This document shows, one piece after another, positions 11,463 through 21,667 of a stretch of 64,000 bases of DNA. Origin of the DNA: an uncultured delta proteobacterium (lineage in GTDB: Bacteria > Desulfobacterota > Desulfomonilia > Desulfomonilales > Desulfomonilaceae); assembly GCA_963789265.1 (NCBI GenBank), contig CAWBKB010000003.1, forward strand, positions 1,097,988 to 1,161,987. The letters are read 5' to 3'. The first letter of the stretch is position 1. Every line of letters starts with the position of its first letter. Made by a program: the position numbers and the translations under genes. Under the pieces are notes generated by a model. It searched no databases, was not told where the DNA came from, and saw nothing but the letters and a program-made list of their open reading frames with translations.

Positions 11463-12491
11463 TCAATGCGGTTCGCTATAGCACTTATCTTCTTGGCTTA
11501 TTTGGATTACGGCGCCGCGAGCGGCTATTGATTGCTCCACCAGCGTTAGAGCTTGCATAGCTCTCAGGCCTCTCAGCCCATCCACCAGCGGAGGATTCCC
11601 TTCCCGGATAGCTAAGACGAAGTCCTCGATCTCACGCCGCAGCGGCTCTTCATACGGCACGGAAATCTCTTCTTTATCAACGTTTCCCATCATGCACAGA
11701 TTGTTTTCCATTGGGGAAAGTTGATCCGCCGTGTATATTGTGAGGGAACAGGCGAGCGTGTCGGCTATTAGGCAGCGCCTGGGCGTGCTGACGGTCAAAG
11801 TACGGATCTTCATAGGGGAGCATTTTCCGGTCCAAAAGATTCCCGCGACACCGTTCCCGAATTCAATTCGTGTGTGGGCGACATCAGTTTTCTGCGAAAA
11901 AACCGGACGGCCTACTGCGGACACGTTGAGAACTGAAGAGCCTGCTATTTCCTGGGCAAGGTCGATATCGTGAATCAGCAAATCATAGAGCACGTCAACA
12001 TCAATGCAGCGGGAGCCGTCGAAGGGAGCCAGCCTTCGAGCGTCGATTGAAATGATCTCTTCCGGTTCCCGGCGAAGAACCTCTATGAGTTTATCCACAG
12101 CAGGATTGTACCGTTCGACATGTCCTACCATGAGTACCAGGCCGGCCTTCCGTGAAAGATCCACCAGCCGAGCGGCGGCTTCCACATCATGGGCGAGCGG
12201 TTTCTCCATCAACACGTGGATCCCCCGGCCCAAACATTTCTCTCCAATTTCGTAGTGCGTTGATGTGGGAGCCGCCACAATTACCGCGTCACTCTGGTTC
12301 AGCAATTCGTCAAGCGTATCAAAACATTCGCAACCGTGCCTGTCGCAAATTTCTGCGGATCTTACCGGATCGGGGTCGTGAAACCCTGCCAGGTTCACAT
12401 CCGAAGTCTGGGAAATGATGCGAACGTGGTGTTGCCCCATAGTCCCGACACCAACGACGCCAACTCGCAAATTCCTATCTGCATTCTTCAT
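11463..12491 (-). CDS. Gfo/Idh/MocA family oxidoreductase
   Basis: GVGTMG, EKP, GHVERYNP, DLLIHDID. Confidence 0.92.
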   Translation of the reverse strand: MKNADRNLRVGVVGVGTMGQHHVRIISQTSDVNLAGFHDPDPVRSAEICDRHGCECFDTLDELLNQSDAVIVAAPTSTHYEIGEKCLGRGIHVLMEKPLAHDVEAAARLVDLSRKAGLVLMVGHVERYNPAVDKLIEVLRREPEEIISIDARRLAPFDGSRCIDVDVLYDLLIHDIDLAQEIAGSSVLNVSAVGRPVFSQKTDVAHTRIEFGNGVAGIFWTGKCSPMKIRTLTVSTPRRCLIADTLACSLTIYTADQLSPMENNLCMMGNVDKEEISVPYEEPLRREIEDFVLAIREGNPPLVDGLRGLRAMQALTLVEQSIAARGAVIQISQEDKCYSEPH

Positions 12492-12664
12492 GAGCGTGGA
12501 AGATACACCGCCGGCATAGTTTCGTCAAAGGGCACATCTATTTCCAATTCGAGTTCAGATAAGCCCTCGCAAGAGCCTACCTAAATCATCGTGCAGTCAT
12601 CCGAATTATGGGAGCCGACCTGCCGGATTGAGCCGCCCTCGCCGGTAAGCCGGACCCGAAAGAA

Positions 12665-13849
12665 TCATTCAAAGCGCATAGCGCTCACCGAATCCAGCCT
12701 GCTCGCTCTGATCGATGGATATAGTCCTGAAAGCACCCCAAGAAAAAAGGTAAATATAAGACCTCCGATGATGCTCACAGTCATCATCAAAGGAGAGACC
12801 TCCACCCCCAGTGGCGTCTTCAAGAACTGGACGGACAGAGCCCCACCGACGGCACCGATTATGCCCGCAAAAAGACTTATGAAAATCGCCTCGGTGAGAA
12901 ACTGAACCATGATAAACTCTTCTCGGGCCCCAAGGGCCTTGCGGAGACCTATCTCTCGGGTTCGATCCCGCACCGCGGCAAGCATGACATTCGTTATGCC
13001 AAGGCCACCAAGAATTATAGTTATACCAAGCGCGGAATAGACTAAGAGCTTGACGATATAAACCGTTCCCTTTACTTTCTTGATGCGCTCAGGGTAGTGG
13101 ACGACACGAATTCCCGCTTCGTAACCTTTGTGCGATCCCTTGAGTGCCCGAAGGGCCTCATCGCGGACGGGCTCCACCGCATTCCAATCATCTACTCTCA
13201 GGTATATCTCCCTGATCCATAGTAGGCCCTCAAATAGATCTCGGGCGGTTGAGATCGGGATAAAGACAGAACGGCGAATGTCTGAATTTTGAACTCCACC
13301 AAGAATCCCTATCACTTGAAAGGACAAATTCCCAACGCGGATTGTCCGTCCGACAGGATTTGGATTATCGAACAGATACTTGACGACGTCTTGGCCTAGC
13401 ACGCAAACGTTCTTCCTGCCCACTACATCCGATGGACCTATCAGACGCCCGTAAAGCAAAGTGGGGGTTTGAGTTCTCCAATACGATTGGTCAACGCCAA
13501 AGAGTCCGGGGCTCCATTCTGTGCTGCGAAAATAAGCGTCGATTTGAGGCAGCGAAACGATCGGTGCAACCGCCATCACATGGGGAAGGTGTTTCAGCTT
13601 TATGACATCCCTCTGGTAGTACTGACCCGGATGATAATTCTCATCATTTTGCCATTCCGCTTTCATGACGGTAGCTTCTCCGAGGAGTTCGAGGTGCTCG
13701 CCCATCCTCTTTTCTACCGAATGGCCCATGGTTTGAATAATTATGAATCCAGCGGTGCCGACGGCTATACCGGCCATTACCGCTTTGTAGCGGCGGCGGT
13801 TGCGCAACACAAGACGCCAGCACATGGTCATGAGGTCATCGAATTTCAA
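12665..13849 (-). CDS. MacB/FtsX-like ABC transporter permease
   Basis: GGLGITNVMLAAVRDRTREIGLRKALGA, QFLTEA, GLYPSIRASRLD. Confidence 0.92.
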   Translation of the reverse strand: MKFDDLMTMCWRLVLRNRRRYKAVMAGIAVGTAGFIIIQTMGHSVEKRMGEHLELLGEATVMKAEWQNDENYHPGQYYQRDVIKLKHLPHVMAVAPIVSLPQIDAYFRSTEWSPGLFGVDQSYWRTQTPTLLYGRLIGPSDVVGRKNVCVLGQDVVKYLFDNPNPVGRTIRVGNLSFQVIGILGGVQNSDIRRSVFIPISTARDLFEGLLWIREIYLRVDDWNAVEPVRDEALRALKGSHKGYEAGIRVVHYPERIKKVKGTVYIVKLLVYSALGITIILGGLGITNVMLAAVRDRTREIGLRKALGAREEFIMVQFLTEAIFISLFAGIIGAVGGALSVQFLKTPLGVEVSPLMMTVSIIGGLIFTFFLGVLSGLYPSIRASRLDSVSAMRFE

Positions 13850-14545
13850 GCTGTGAAGCTCCTCTGCCTAGAGCCTAACTGTAGTGAGCTGCATCGAGAT
13901 TCGCACCGTTCTCGCGATTTTGGAGCGGGACGCAGCGTGCAACGCCCCTACACGTTGATGTGCACGTGCTGCGTATGACGCAGGGCCAAGCGTGCAGTGC
14001 CCGGATGCGAAGCGCAGTCCACTACTGTGCAGTTCACTGTAGTCTCCTTTATGGTTCCTTCAATAGTACACGATTTACTCGGAAATTCCAGCCCGACGGG
14101 GTACCGTTCATGAGCCGGACCCCACAGAAAAAAATGGAAACTGTCGTCCTTCAATTCGAGCTCAACCTGTTTAGGAGCCGAGTAGTTGATCAATTATTCT
14201 TTGATAAGAATTCAAAGAAGGTTGAAGACTTCAAAGGATTGATTGAGTGTCAGAGTGATTTTTTCTCGTTCCCAGTTAGGCGTTTCGCGGGATTGGGAAC
14301 CAGAAATGTCTTTTCAACTGACTCATTATCGTCGTTTGATATTCTCGGACAGGTTCAACTTTTGTCTTGAATAAGAGGACCAAGACATGTGACGATAATG
14401 CTGGTGAGGACGTGAAGTTTGCCGGCTCTTTGCCATGTTGCTTCCGTATGTTCCTCCGATCCACTGAAGTGAAACGATCTAACACTGTAAACCCCTTCCG
14501 GACGTGTGGGGGTCTACGGCCCATTTAGCGCAGTTGCCAGGCATA

Positions 14546-15799
14546 ATGAAATTCAACGCCCTATCTCTGATCTTCGTAGCTGTTTACCTCTCCCAATTTC
14601 TCTTTTCGTTGTGGTTGGAGCGGCTGAATCGTAACCATCTCCAGAGATCGGGTAACGAAGTGCCCAGACCGTTCGAAGAAGTTGTTGATGCAGACACGCT
14701 CGCCCGCATCAACGCGTATTCCGTAGATAAAAGTCGACTCTTTGAAATCCGGAAAATTACGGTCGACCTGACGCTTCTAGCAATCATCTTAACCGGCGTA
14801 CTGCCGATCGCGGACAGTTACTCCCTCAATCCGCAATTTCATTATATATGGGCCGGACTGGTTTTCTTCATAGCCGTAGGCGTACTGCTTTTCATGCTGG
14901 AGCTGCCTTTTGACTATTACAACACTTTTGTAATCGAAGAAAAATATGGATTTAACAAATCAGACTTCAAGACATGGACCTTCGACAATCTAAAAGGAGA
15001 ATTGTTGTCGGTGGTTTTTCTCGTGGTAGTTATGGCGCCACTCCTATGGACAATTCACTTGTCGCCGAACTATTGGTGGTTGTGGGGCTTCATCATTATT
15101 GCCTCAGTCCAATTCATTGTTGTGGTTATCTATCCAGTGCTTATAGCGCCGCTATTCAACAAGTTCGAGCCGCTGGAAGACAGAGAGCTCGTTGCAGCAG
15201 TGGAAAAGCTTGTGAAAAGTGTAGGAATGCGGTCCGGTGGCATATTCAAAATGGATGCAGGCCGAAGAAGCACTCATTCGAACGCCTATTTCACCGGCTT
15301 TGGCAAGACCAAACGTATAGTGCTCTTTGATACACTTTTAGAACGCCACACTCATGACGAGATCCTGGCAGTGCTGGCACACGAATTGGGACACTTTAAG
15401 TTCAAGCATATCTGGCGGATTTACGCGGTCGGTCAGTTGGCCGCACTTGTGGGCCTCTACGTCTCCCATTTCATGCTGAAATGGGAGCTGCTGTATTCGA
15501 CTTTCGGCCTCAACCTCTCTCAATCGTATATCGCACTCTTTCTTATCGGTATATTCTGGCTCAAAATCAGTTTCTTTGTTAAGCCATTTTATGCGGCCAC
15601 ATCCAGACGCTTCGAGACGCAAGCAGACGCTTTTGCGGCAAACCTCCAAGAGAATCCTCAGAGTCTTGCCGCGGCTCTAAAGAGAATAGGCGCGCAGAAT
15701 CTTTCTAATTTGACACCTCATCCGTTTTATGTATGGTTCTATTATTCTCATCCACCTCTGCCGGAGAGGGTTGCGTTACTGGAAGATCGGAAGTACTGA
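14546..15799 (+). CDS. M48 family (Ste24-like) membrane zinc metallopeptidase
   Basis: NAYFTGFG, RIVLFDTL, AHELGH, E..ADAFA, SHPPL. Confidence 0.95.
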   Translation: MKFNALSLIFVAVYLSQFLFSLWLERLNRNHLQRSGNEVPRPFEEVVDADTLARINAYSVDKSRLFEIRKITVDLTLLAIILTGVLPIADSYSLNPQFHYIWAGLVFFIAVGVLLFMLELPFDYYNTFVIEEKYGFNKSDFKTWTFDNLKGELLSVVFLVVVMAPLLWTIHLSPNYWWLWGFIIIASVQFIVVVIYPVLIAPLFNKFEPLEDRELVAAVEKLVKSVGMRSGGIFKMDAGRRSTHSNAYFTGFGKTKRIVLFDTLLERHTHDEILAVLAHELGHFKFKHIWRIYAVGQLAALVGLYVSHFMLKWELLYSTFGLNLSQSYIALFLIGIFWLKISFFVKPFYAATSRRFETQADAFAANLQENPQSLAAALKRIGAQNLSNLTPHPFYVWFYYSHPPLPERVALLEDRKY

Positions 15800-15949
15800 C
15801 TAACGCGGGGGTGACCCATTTGTCAGAGGTCATGGTAATGCCTTGCCCCGAAGACAAACGGACTATTCGACACAACGCCCGCGCCCAATACGGCTCAATA
15901 ACCGGTCCCGCGCCCCTGGGATCGGTCCTACCACGAGAGGTCTAGAAAA

Positions 15950-16603
15950 ATGGAAGCCTGGTGGCAGGGACTTTCAACGCTGACTCAAGTTTTCTTCCTG
16001 GGAGCGCTCTTTTTCTCGGTAATTTCAGCCGGTCAAGTGGTATCCATGTTGTTCGGCGTGGGGCACTTCCACGGACACCTGGATCATGCGGGAGGCTTGC
16101 ACCATACGGATTTGTCTTCGCACCACTTAGGCTCATCTCCGGGGGGTGGGGGCCATTCGCATGTAGCACATCCTCATGAGGCTCACGGCGCCGAGAAATC
16201 TGCATTCACCTTTGTCTCCATGCGCTCGTTGATTACCTTCGGCACGCTATTTTGCTGGTCTGGGACCCTTTACTTGATGGGAGGCACCCATGCGGTCTGG
16301 GCGATAGGATTCAGCGTGGTATGGGGACTGCTCGGCATGTTAGTCGTTTCTTATCTGATGTACCGGCTGCTCAATTTGGAAGAAATCGGCAATATTGATC
16401 TTGGTACTGCACTGTTTGAAGAGGGCACGGTGTACATCGGCATCCCCTTGAATGGGACCGGCCAAGTCCGGATCATGGTCAGTGGGGTGGTCAGCTACGT
16501 CAAAGCGCGTTCCAAGACAGGGGAAGCAGTCAGTCGCGGAACAAAAGTGCGAGTTGTAGGAGTCTCCGACCAGAGTGTCATAGAGGTCGAGCCTGTAGAG
16601 TAA
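15950..16603 (+). CDS. NfeD-like membrane partner of SPFH protein, with His-rich loop
   Basis: TM helices, C-terminal OB-like GTVYIGIP...G..VRVV; upstream of flotillin. Confidence 0.8.
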   Translation: MEAWWQGLSTLTQVFFLGALFFSVISAGQVVSMLFGVGHFHGHLDHAGGLHHTDLSSHHLGSSPGGGGHSHVAHPHEAHGAEKSAFTFVSMRSLITFGTLFCWSGTLYLMGGTHAVWAIGFSVVWGLLGMLVVSYLMYRLLNLEEIGNIDLGTALFEEGTVYIGIPLNGTGQVRIMVSGVVSYVKARSKTGEAVSRGTKVRVVGVSDQSVIEVEPVE

Positions 16604-16624
16604 AAAATCGAAAAGGAGATACGT

Positions 16625-18145
16625 ATGGGAACAGCGGTCATCTTAATCATAATTCTGGCCATCTTCGTGGCCGCAATTCTTCAGATGTTCATGAGTCGGT
16701 TCAAGCGCTGTCCGTCAAATAAGATTCTAGTGATCTATGGAAAGACCGGACAGGGCGTTGCCAAATGCGTACACGGCGGAGCAGCTTTCGTCTGGCCCGT
16801 CGTCCAGTCGTACGATTGGCTGGATCTGGATCCCTTCGACATTACCTTGGAGCTAACCAGCGCGCTGTCTCATGAGAATATTCGAGTGACCGTGCCCACT
16901 ACGGTCACTGCGGCGATAAGTACCGAAGAAGGGCTGATGCAAAACGCCGCGATCCGCCTCCTCGGCCGTAGCAGGGAGGAAGTTCAGAGGCTGGCTCAGG
17001 ACATTATTCTGGGTCAGATGCGGGCTGTTATGGCAACCATGCGCATCGAAGAGATCAACCGTGACCGGATCTCATTTATGGCCAAGGTGAACGAGGCGGT
17101 GGCAATAGAAATCGAGAAAATCGGTCTTTCAGTCATAAACGTCAACATCAAGGACGTTGAGGACGAAAGCGGGTACATAAAGGCTCTGGGGCGCAAGGCG
17201 GCTGCTGAGGCCATTAATCAGGCTATGATAGACGTAGCCGAACAGGATAAGATCGGGAAAATCGGAGTGGCCGAACGAGACCGCGATCAGCGTCGCGCGG
17301 TCGCTGGAGCGACTGCGGAAGCGGCTGTTGGAGAAGCAGAGGCAGAATCGAATCGTCGTAAAGCGGTCGCAGCGGCCAACGCGTTGGCGGCGGTCGGCGA
17401 AGCACAGGCTGAGCGGGACCGCAGGCAGCAGACGTCATTGCTCGACGCCCAGGCCGTTGAGACCGAAACTACTGCAAATGCCAATAAGGCCGGCTACCAT
17501 GCGAGCCAGAAGGTGGCCGAAGAAGAAGCGAGAAGCAAATCCCAATCAGCCGCGATGAAGGCAGACGGGGCTATACGAGTCGCTCAGGAAGAAGCCCAAA
17601 AAGCGGCCGAAGAGGCTCGTGCCCATCGGGAACAGGCGCGGCTTAATGCAGAGGTTGTCGTACCCGCGGAGGCTGCCAAACAAAAGGCGGTGGTAGAAGC
17701 TGAAGCGGAGCGACAGCAGAAGATACTGGTGGCCCAGGGTGAGGCGGAAGCGGTGACGGTCAGGATGCAGGCCGAAGGCAAAGGGCAGCAGGCCATTCTT
17801 GACGGGAAAGCCGGGGGGTACAGATCGCTCGTCGCGGCGTGCGCGCAGGAACCCAGCCTTATGGCCGCGTTGCTACTCATCGAGAAGTTGGTGGACGTGG
17901 CTCGCATCCAGACCGAAGCTGTGAAGAACCTGCCCATAGAAAAAATCATGGTCTGGGATGGCGGTGGGGACAGCGGTATGTCAAACTTGGGGCAGCGCAT
18001 CATGGGCATACTCCCTCCCATGCACGAGTTGGCCAGGATGGCCGGCCTGGAGTTGCCCGAATTCCTTGGTAAGATCGAGTTCAAGAAGGAAGGATCGCCG
18101 GACGAGCCCCTCTCGGCATCACCGGAAAAGAAGAAAGATGATTGA
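16625..18145 (+). CDS. flotillin-like SPFH/band 7 protein
   Basis: N-terminal TM, GGAAFVWP, SPFH domain, AEA-rich coiled coil. Confidence 0.93.
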   Translation: MGTAVILIIILAIFVAAILQMFMSRFKRCPSNKILVIYGKTGQGVAKCVHGGAAFVWPVVQSYDWLDLDPFDITLELTSALSHENIRVTVPTTVTAAISTEEGLMQNAAIRLLGRSREEVQRLAQDIILGQMRAVMATMRIEEINRDRISFMAKVNEAVAIEIEKIGLSVINVNIKDVEDESGYIKALGRKAAAEAINQAMIDVAEQDKIGKIGVAERDRDQRRAVAGATAEAAVGEAEAESNRRKAVAAANALAAVGEAQAERDRRQQTSLLDAQAVETETTANANKAGYHASQKVAEEEARSKSQSAAMKADGAIRVAQEEAQKAAEEARAHREQARLNAEVVVPAEAAKQKAVVEAEAERQQKILVAQGEAEAVTVRMQAEGKGQQAILDGKAGGYRSLVAACAQEPSLMAALLLIEKLVDVARIQTEAVKNLPIEKIMVWDGGGDSGMSNLGQRIMGILPPMHELARMAGLELPEFLGKIEFKKEGSPDEPLSASPEKKKDD

Positions 18146-18156
18146 TGGGGGCAGCC

Positions 18157-18330
18157 TAGTGCTGATTACTCCGTTTCGCGAACACGGTGACGATAGGAAC
18201 TCCCGTATGCAAGAAGATTGCTTCGCTGCGCTCGCAATGACAGATAGCGGGAATGTCATTGCGAGGAGTGAAACGACGAAGCAATCTCAATCGTGAAAAT
18301 GTGTTACCGAACTTATGAAACATAACACTA
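18157..18330. repeat. MITE-like element carrying a REP doublet (core 18215-18287)
   Basis: agattgcttcgctgcgctcgcaatgaca ... tgtcattgcgaggagtgaaacgacgaagcaatct; imperfect terminal IR tagtg...aacac / gtgtt...cacta. Confidence 0.75.
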
Positions 18331-18349
18331 AGGCAAATAGGAGAAACGT

Positions 18350-18859
18350 ATGCCCGCCAACGAGAAAGTGATCAAGATCTTCGAGTACGCGCTTAACCAG
18401 GAAAATACCGGCCTGAGCTTTTTTCAGCATTCGCTGGAGCGTTTGGGAATGGGCGCGGCCGTTACTGCGTTCAAGACCTTAATTCAAGAAGAACAAATGC
18501 ATATCGCCTTCATAACCCGAATTATCAGCGAACTTAAAGAGGATCGAGAACTTCAGCTCTCGAATATGAAAGACCTTGTTATGGAGCCAACGGACTATTT
18601 CGACGATCGCGCTCGGTCGGAGTTCCTCGAGAGGTGTATTGAGGGTTCCATGGTGCCCGATGTGACCGTTTTCAACACAGCCTGGCTCATCGAGAAGGAC
18701 TTGAGCGAGTACTACGCGGCAATGGCCGACCTAACGGAGGGGAAGGCTAAACAAGCTCTTACGATGCTCTCAAATTGGGAGAAGGAGCACGAAAAGTTCT
18801 TCCGGGAATTTCGCGACAGACTCTCTGATATTTATGCTCTAATGCCCTGGGGAGGATAA
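18350..18859 (+). CDS. ferritin-like (rubrerythrin-type diiron) protein
   Basis: Two E...ExxH motifs (EEQMH, WEKEH); AGGAG RBS. Confidence 0.85.
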   Translation: MPANEKVIKIFEYALNQENTGLSFFQHSLERLGMGAAVTAFKTLIQEEQMHIAFITRIISELKEDRELQLSNMKDLVMEPTDYFDDRARSEFLERCIEGSMVPDVTVFNTAWLIEKDLSEYYAAMADLTEGKAKQALTMLSNWEKEHEKFFREFRDRLSDIYALMPWGG

Positions 18860-19077
18860 TTATTTCGGGATCGCCGAAGATGCCACAGAGAGTGCAAAAA
18901 CGGATCGCACAGGACCGCAACAATCAGGAACGCAGCTAGTTAAAAGCATCGTTTTCCTCGCATCGCACGGTCGCAAATCCGAATGGACAATGTATCGACT
19001 AAGTTCAATGAAGAGAAAATACAATCCTCCGCGATCTCTGCGACCTCCGTGGTGAACGATTCCCATGAGGAACCGCG

Positions 19078-20592
19078 GTGACCAAATCCATCCTGGAATA
19101 TCATGACCAGACCGCATACCGGCGACATGGCATGTCGGGGCATGGACTGGATTGGGGCACTCAGCCGGACGTGTTCAAAACTTATCCCGGCTTGGAAACG
19201 ATTTGTTTGCCGGAGCCAACTCCCTGGCCGACAGATAATTTGTTCACACTCCTGGAACGAGACGTTGCTCATTCGACGCCCCTGGAGATCGACCACTATT
19301 GCCTGGCCCTAATACTTCGCCTTACGCACTCCTTGACTGCAAAGGCCCGGCATGGCGGCGTCGATTTCTTCTATCGCAGCGTGGCTTCCGCGGGAGCTCT
19401 TTACCCGTTCGAGCTGTACGTCGGCTTGGCGAACATCCCGGGCCTAAATAGCGGGCTTTACCACCACAGCGTTGCCAGTCAAGGTCTGACCCTATTGCGA
19501 GAAGGCAACGCCAACCTCGCTCTGGACGGCGCGGTGAAAACCCGGCGGGACACGCCCCCCGGCCTGGTCTTTTTTCTCACTTCCATATTCTACAGAAGCT
19601 CCTGGAAATATCGCGATCGCGCCTATCGGTATCATCTGCTCGATACCGGCCATTTGGCGGAAAACCTAGCCTTAGCTCTCACAGCCGCGTCTGTCCCGTT
19701 TGAGGTTCATTACGACTTTGCGGACGAATCCGTTAACAGCCTGTTAGGAGTGGACCCGACACTCGAGGCCTGCCTGGCGATAGTATGCGCATGGAATGAG
19801 ACCAGTGGCCCGAGCGACTCGGTGGACCTGACCGAGCCTGAAATCGACCTGGCGGATGCGAGCCGTGTTGCGGCAAGAGAGGCCCACTATCCTTTTATTC
19901 AAGAATTTCATTCAGCTACTTCTCCCGTGGTCGAACCTCCCCGCGACGGGCCTCGAATGCTGCACAACTTGGGACCCATCGTTAAAGAAACTGGCAAAAT
20001 TAACCGCGCGGAGAAATCGCCGGAGCTGATGAACTATTCTGAAGCGGTTCTCAAGAGACGGTCCATGCGGAACTTTGTGCGGGAAGAATTGCCCGCGGAC
20101 TGCATGGCGGCTTTTTTGAAAAGCCTTTGTTATGAAACGGGAGCCAAGAGCCGCTCTCAGCCGACTGGTAGCGATGTGATTTCAGTAGGGCTCCTTGTCG
20201 GAAAAGCTGAGGGATTCGCCCCTGGCTTCTATTTGCTTGACCGCCGCCATGAGTCGATAGGTCCGGTGTGCCAAGGTGATATGATGGATCGTATGGCGCT
20301 TGTCTGCCTGGATCAGGCCTGGTTGGCCAATTGTGCGATTCATTTCTTGTTTATCAGTAACTTGAAGCTTCTCGAAGAGAGCCGTGGCCCGCGAGATTAC
20401 CGCCATGCAATGCTGTCCGCGGGCCGTCTCGGGCAACTCATCTACTTGGCGGCTACATCTATGCGATTGGGATGCTGCGGAGTCGGAGCATTCTATGATG
20501 AAGAGGCGGTAGAACTATGCGGGCTGAACGACCAATCGAGGCTGTTGTATCTTGTGGCTGTTGGCCCGGTCAAGAAATGGTCTGTGAAATAG
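19078..20592 (+). CDS. SagB/ThcOx-family double nitroreductase-domain flavoprotein
   Basis: SAGALYPFELY, WKYRDRAYR...DTGH, second domain RRSMRNF...AGRLGQ...GVGAFYDEE. Confidence 0.9.
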   Translation: MTKSILEYHDQTAYRRHGMSGHGLDWGTQPDVFKTYPGLETICLPEPTPWPTDNLFTLLERDVAHSTPLEIDHYCLALILRLTHSLTAKARHGGVDFFYRSVASAGALYPFELYVGLANIPGLNSGLYHHSVASQGLTLLREGNANLALDGAVKTRRDTPPGLVFFLTSIFYRSSWKYRDRAYRYHLLDTGHLAENLALALTAASVPFEVHYDFADESVNSLLGVDPTLEACLAIVCAWNETSGPSDSVDLTEPEIDLADASRVAAREAHYPFIQEFHSATSPVVEPPRDGPRMLHNLGPIVKETGKINRAEKSPELMNYSEAVLKRRSMRNFVREELPADCMAAFLKSLCYETGAKSRSQPTGSDVISVGLLVGKAEGFAPGFYLLDRRHESIGPVCQGDMMDRMALVCLDQAWLANCAIHFLFISNLKLLEESRGPRDYRHAMLSAGRLGQLIYLAATSMRLGCCGVGAFYDEEAVELCGLNDQSRLLYLVAVGPVKKWSVK

Positions 20593-20605
20593 AGAGGAGG
20601 CCGTC

Positions 20606-21448
20606 ATGGCATTCGCAACTCTAAAGAAGCTCTTTACGCCGGTGGAATCCATTGATGCCGATCAACTCAGAGCTTATTTAGCCGAACATAAAGAGGGAAC
20701 TTTCACCCTGCTGGACGTTCGTCAACCGGGAGAATACAAGCAGGCTCATATTCCCGGTGCGAAACTGATCCCGATAGCGCAGTTGCCCGATCGAATGCGA
20801 GAACTTGACTCTGAAAAGCCGGTCATTGCGTACTGAGCGGTCGGCGGCCGGAGCCGAGTTGCGGCTCAATTGCTGTCAGGTCGCGGCTTTAGGGAGGTAT
20901 ATAACCTCAAGGGCGGAATAATGGGTTGGAATGGTCTGAAAGCCGAAGGCCCGATGGAACTGCATTTGGATATTGTGCGCGGTGATGAAACGCCGGCAGA
21001 GATCATTCGGCTGGCGTACGGGATGGAACACAGCTTGGGCGGTTTTTATCGTGCTGCAAAAACGAAAACCCTGGACGATGATCTCGCAGGCCTTTTGGAA
21101 AGGTTGATAACCGTCGAAGACAAGCACAAACAATATCTGTTCGAATTGTTCCAATCACTGGAGTCTTCCGGAATCAGCCTTGAAACCTTCGAGGCCGATG
21201 TTATACCCAAGGTCATGGAAGGCGGATTTGATACCGATGAATTCATGAAGCAAAACGAGATATTCCTGGATGACGTCCCTTCATTGCTGGATTTGTCCAT
21301 GATGCTCGAAACTCAAGCCCTGGACTTGTATCTCCGCTTCGCGGACAAGAGTGAAAACCAGAAGACGAAAGAAGTTCTCTATCGCATAGGCGATGAGGAA
21401 AAGGCTCATCTGGCCGCGCTCGGCGACATGCGTGACAAGAGGTTGTAG
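20606..21448 (+). CDS. selenocysteine-containing rhodanese / ferritin-like fusion protein (UGA 20834-20836 = Sec77, 280 aa)
   Basis: ORFs 20606-20836 and 20870-21448 are in frame; readthrough gives VIAY-U-AVGGRS = rhodanese active loop; followed by VYNLKGG and two ExxH motifs. Confidence 0.9.
20837..20867 (+). promoter_or_regulatory. bacterial SECIS-like hairpin
   Basis: gagccg(20851-56)-agttg-cggctc(20862-67); loop starts 21 nt after UGA, G at loop position 2. Confidence 0.7.
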
Positions 21449-21473
21449 AAACTTTTTAAGTCCAAGGGAACGT

Positions 21474-21588
21474 TAAGAACACGGCACCGAAGAGAAGATT
21501 GCTTCGTCGTTTCACTCCTCGCAATGACATTTCCAACACCTGTCATTGCGAGCGCAGCGAAGCAATCTTCTTCTGGACCGGGTTCTTA
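21474..21588. repeat. REP doublet (core 21496-21567), inverted copy of 18215-18287
   Basis: agattgcttcgtcgtttcactcctcgcaatgaca ... tgtcattgcgagcgcagcgaagcaatct; flanking IR taagaacacgg / ccgggttctta. Confidence 0.8.
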
Positions 21589-21667
21589 TAGCGTCTGCCA
21601 AACGTAAAGTCCGTTTGGCCGCCCGATGCCAAGAATGCTGAACATACTCCGCTGTGGACGTTTAGCC

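Noticed and set aside
13860..14500. Short ORFs or possible pseudogene in the 650-bp gap
   Set aside because: No recognisable family, RBS or consistent frame
18215..18287. CRISPR repeats
   Set aside because: Copies are dispersed palindromic doublets, not regularly spaced arrays; no cas genes
19078..20592. Thiazole/oxazole RiPP cluster
   Set aside because: No YcaO, precursor peptide or transporter nearby; stand-alone SagB-like proteins are common
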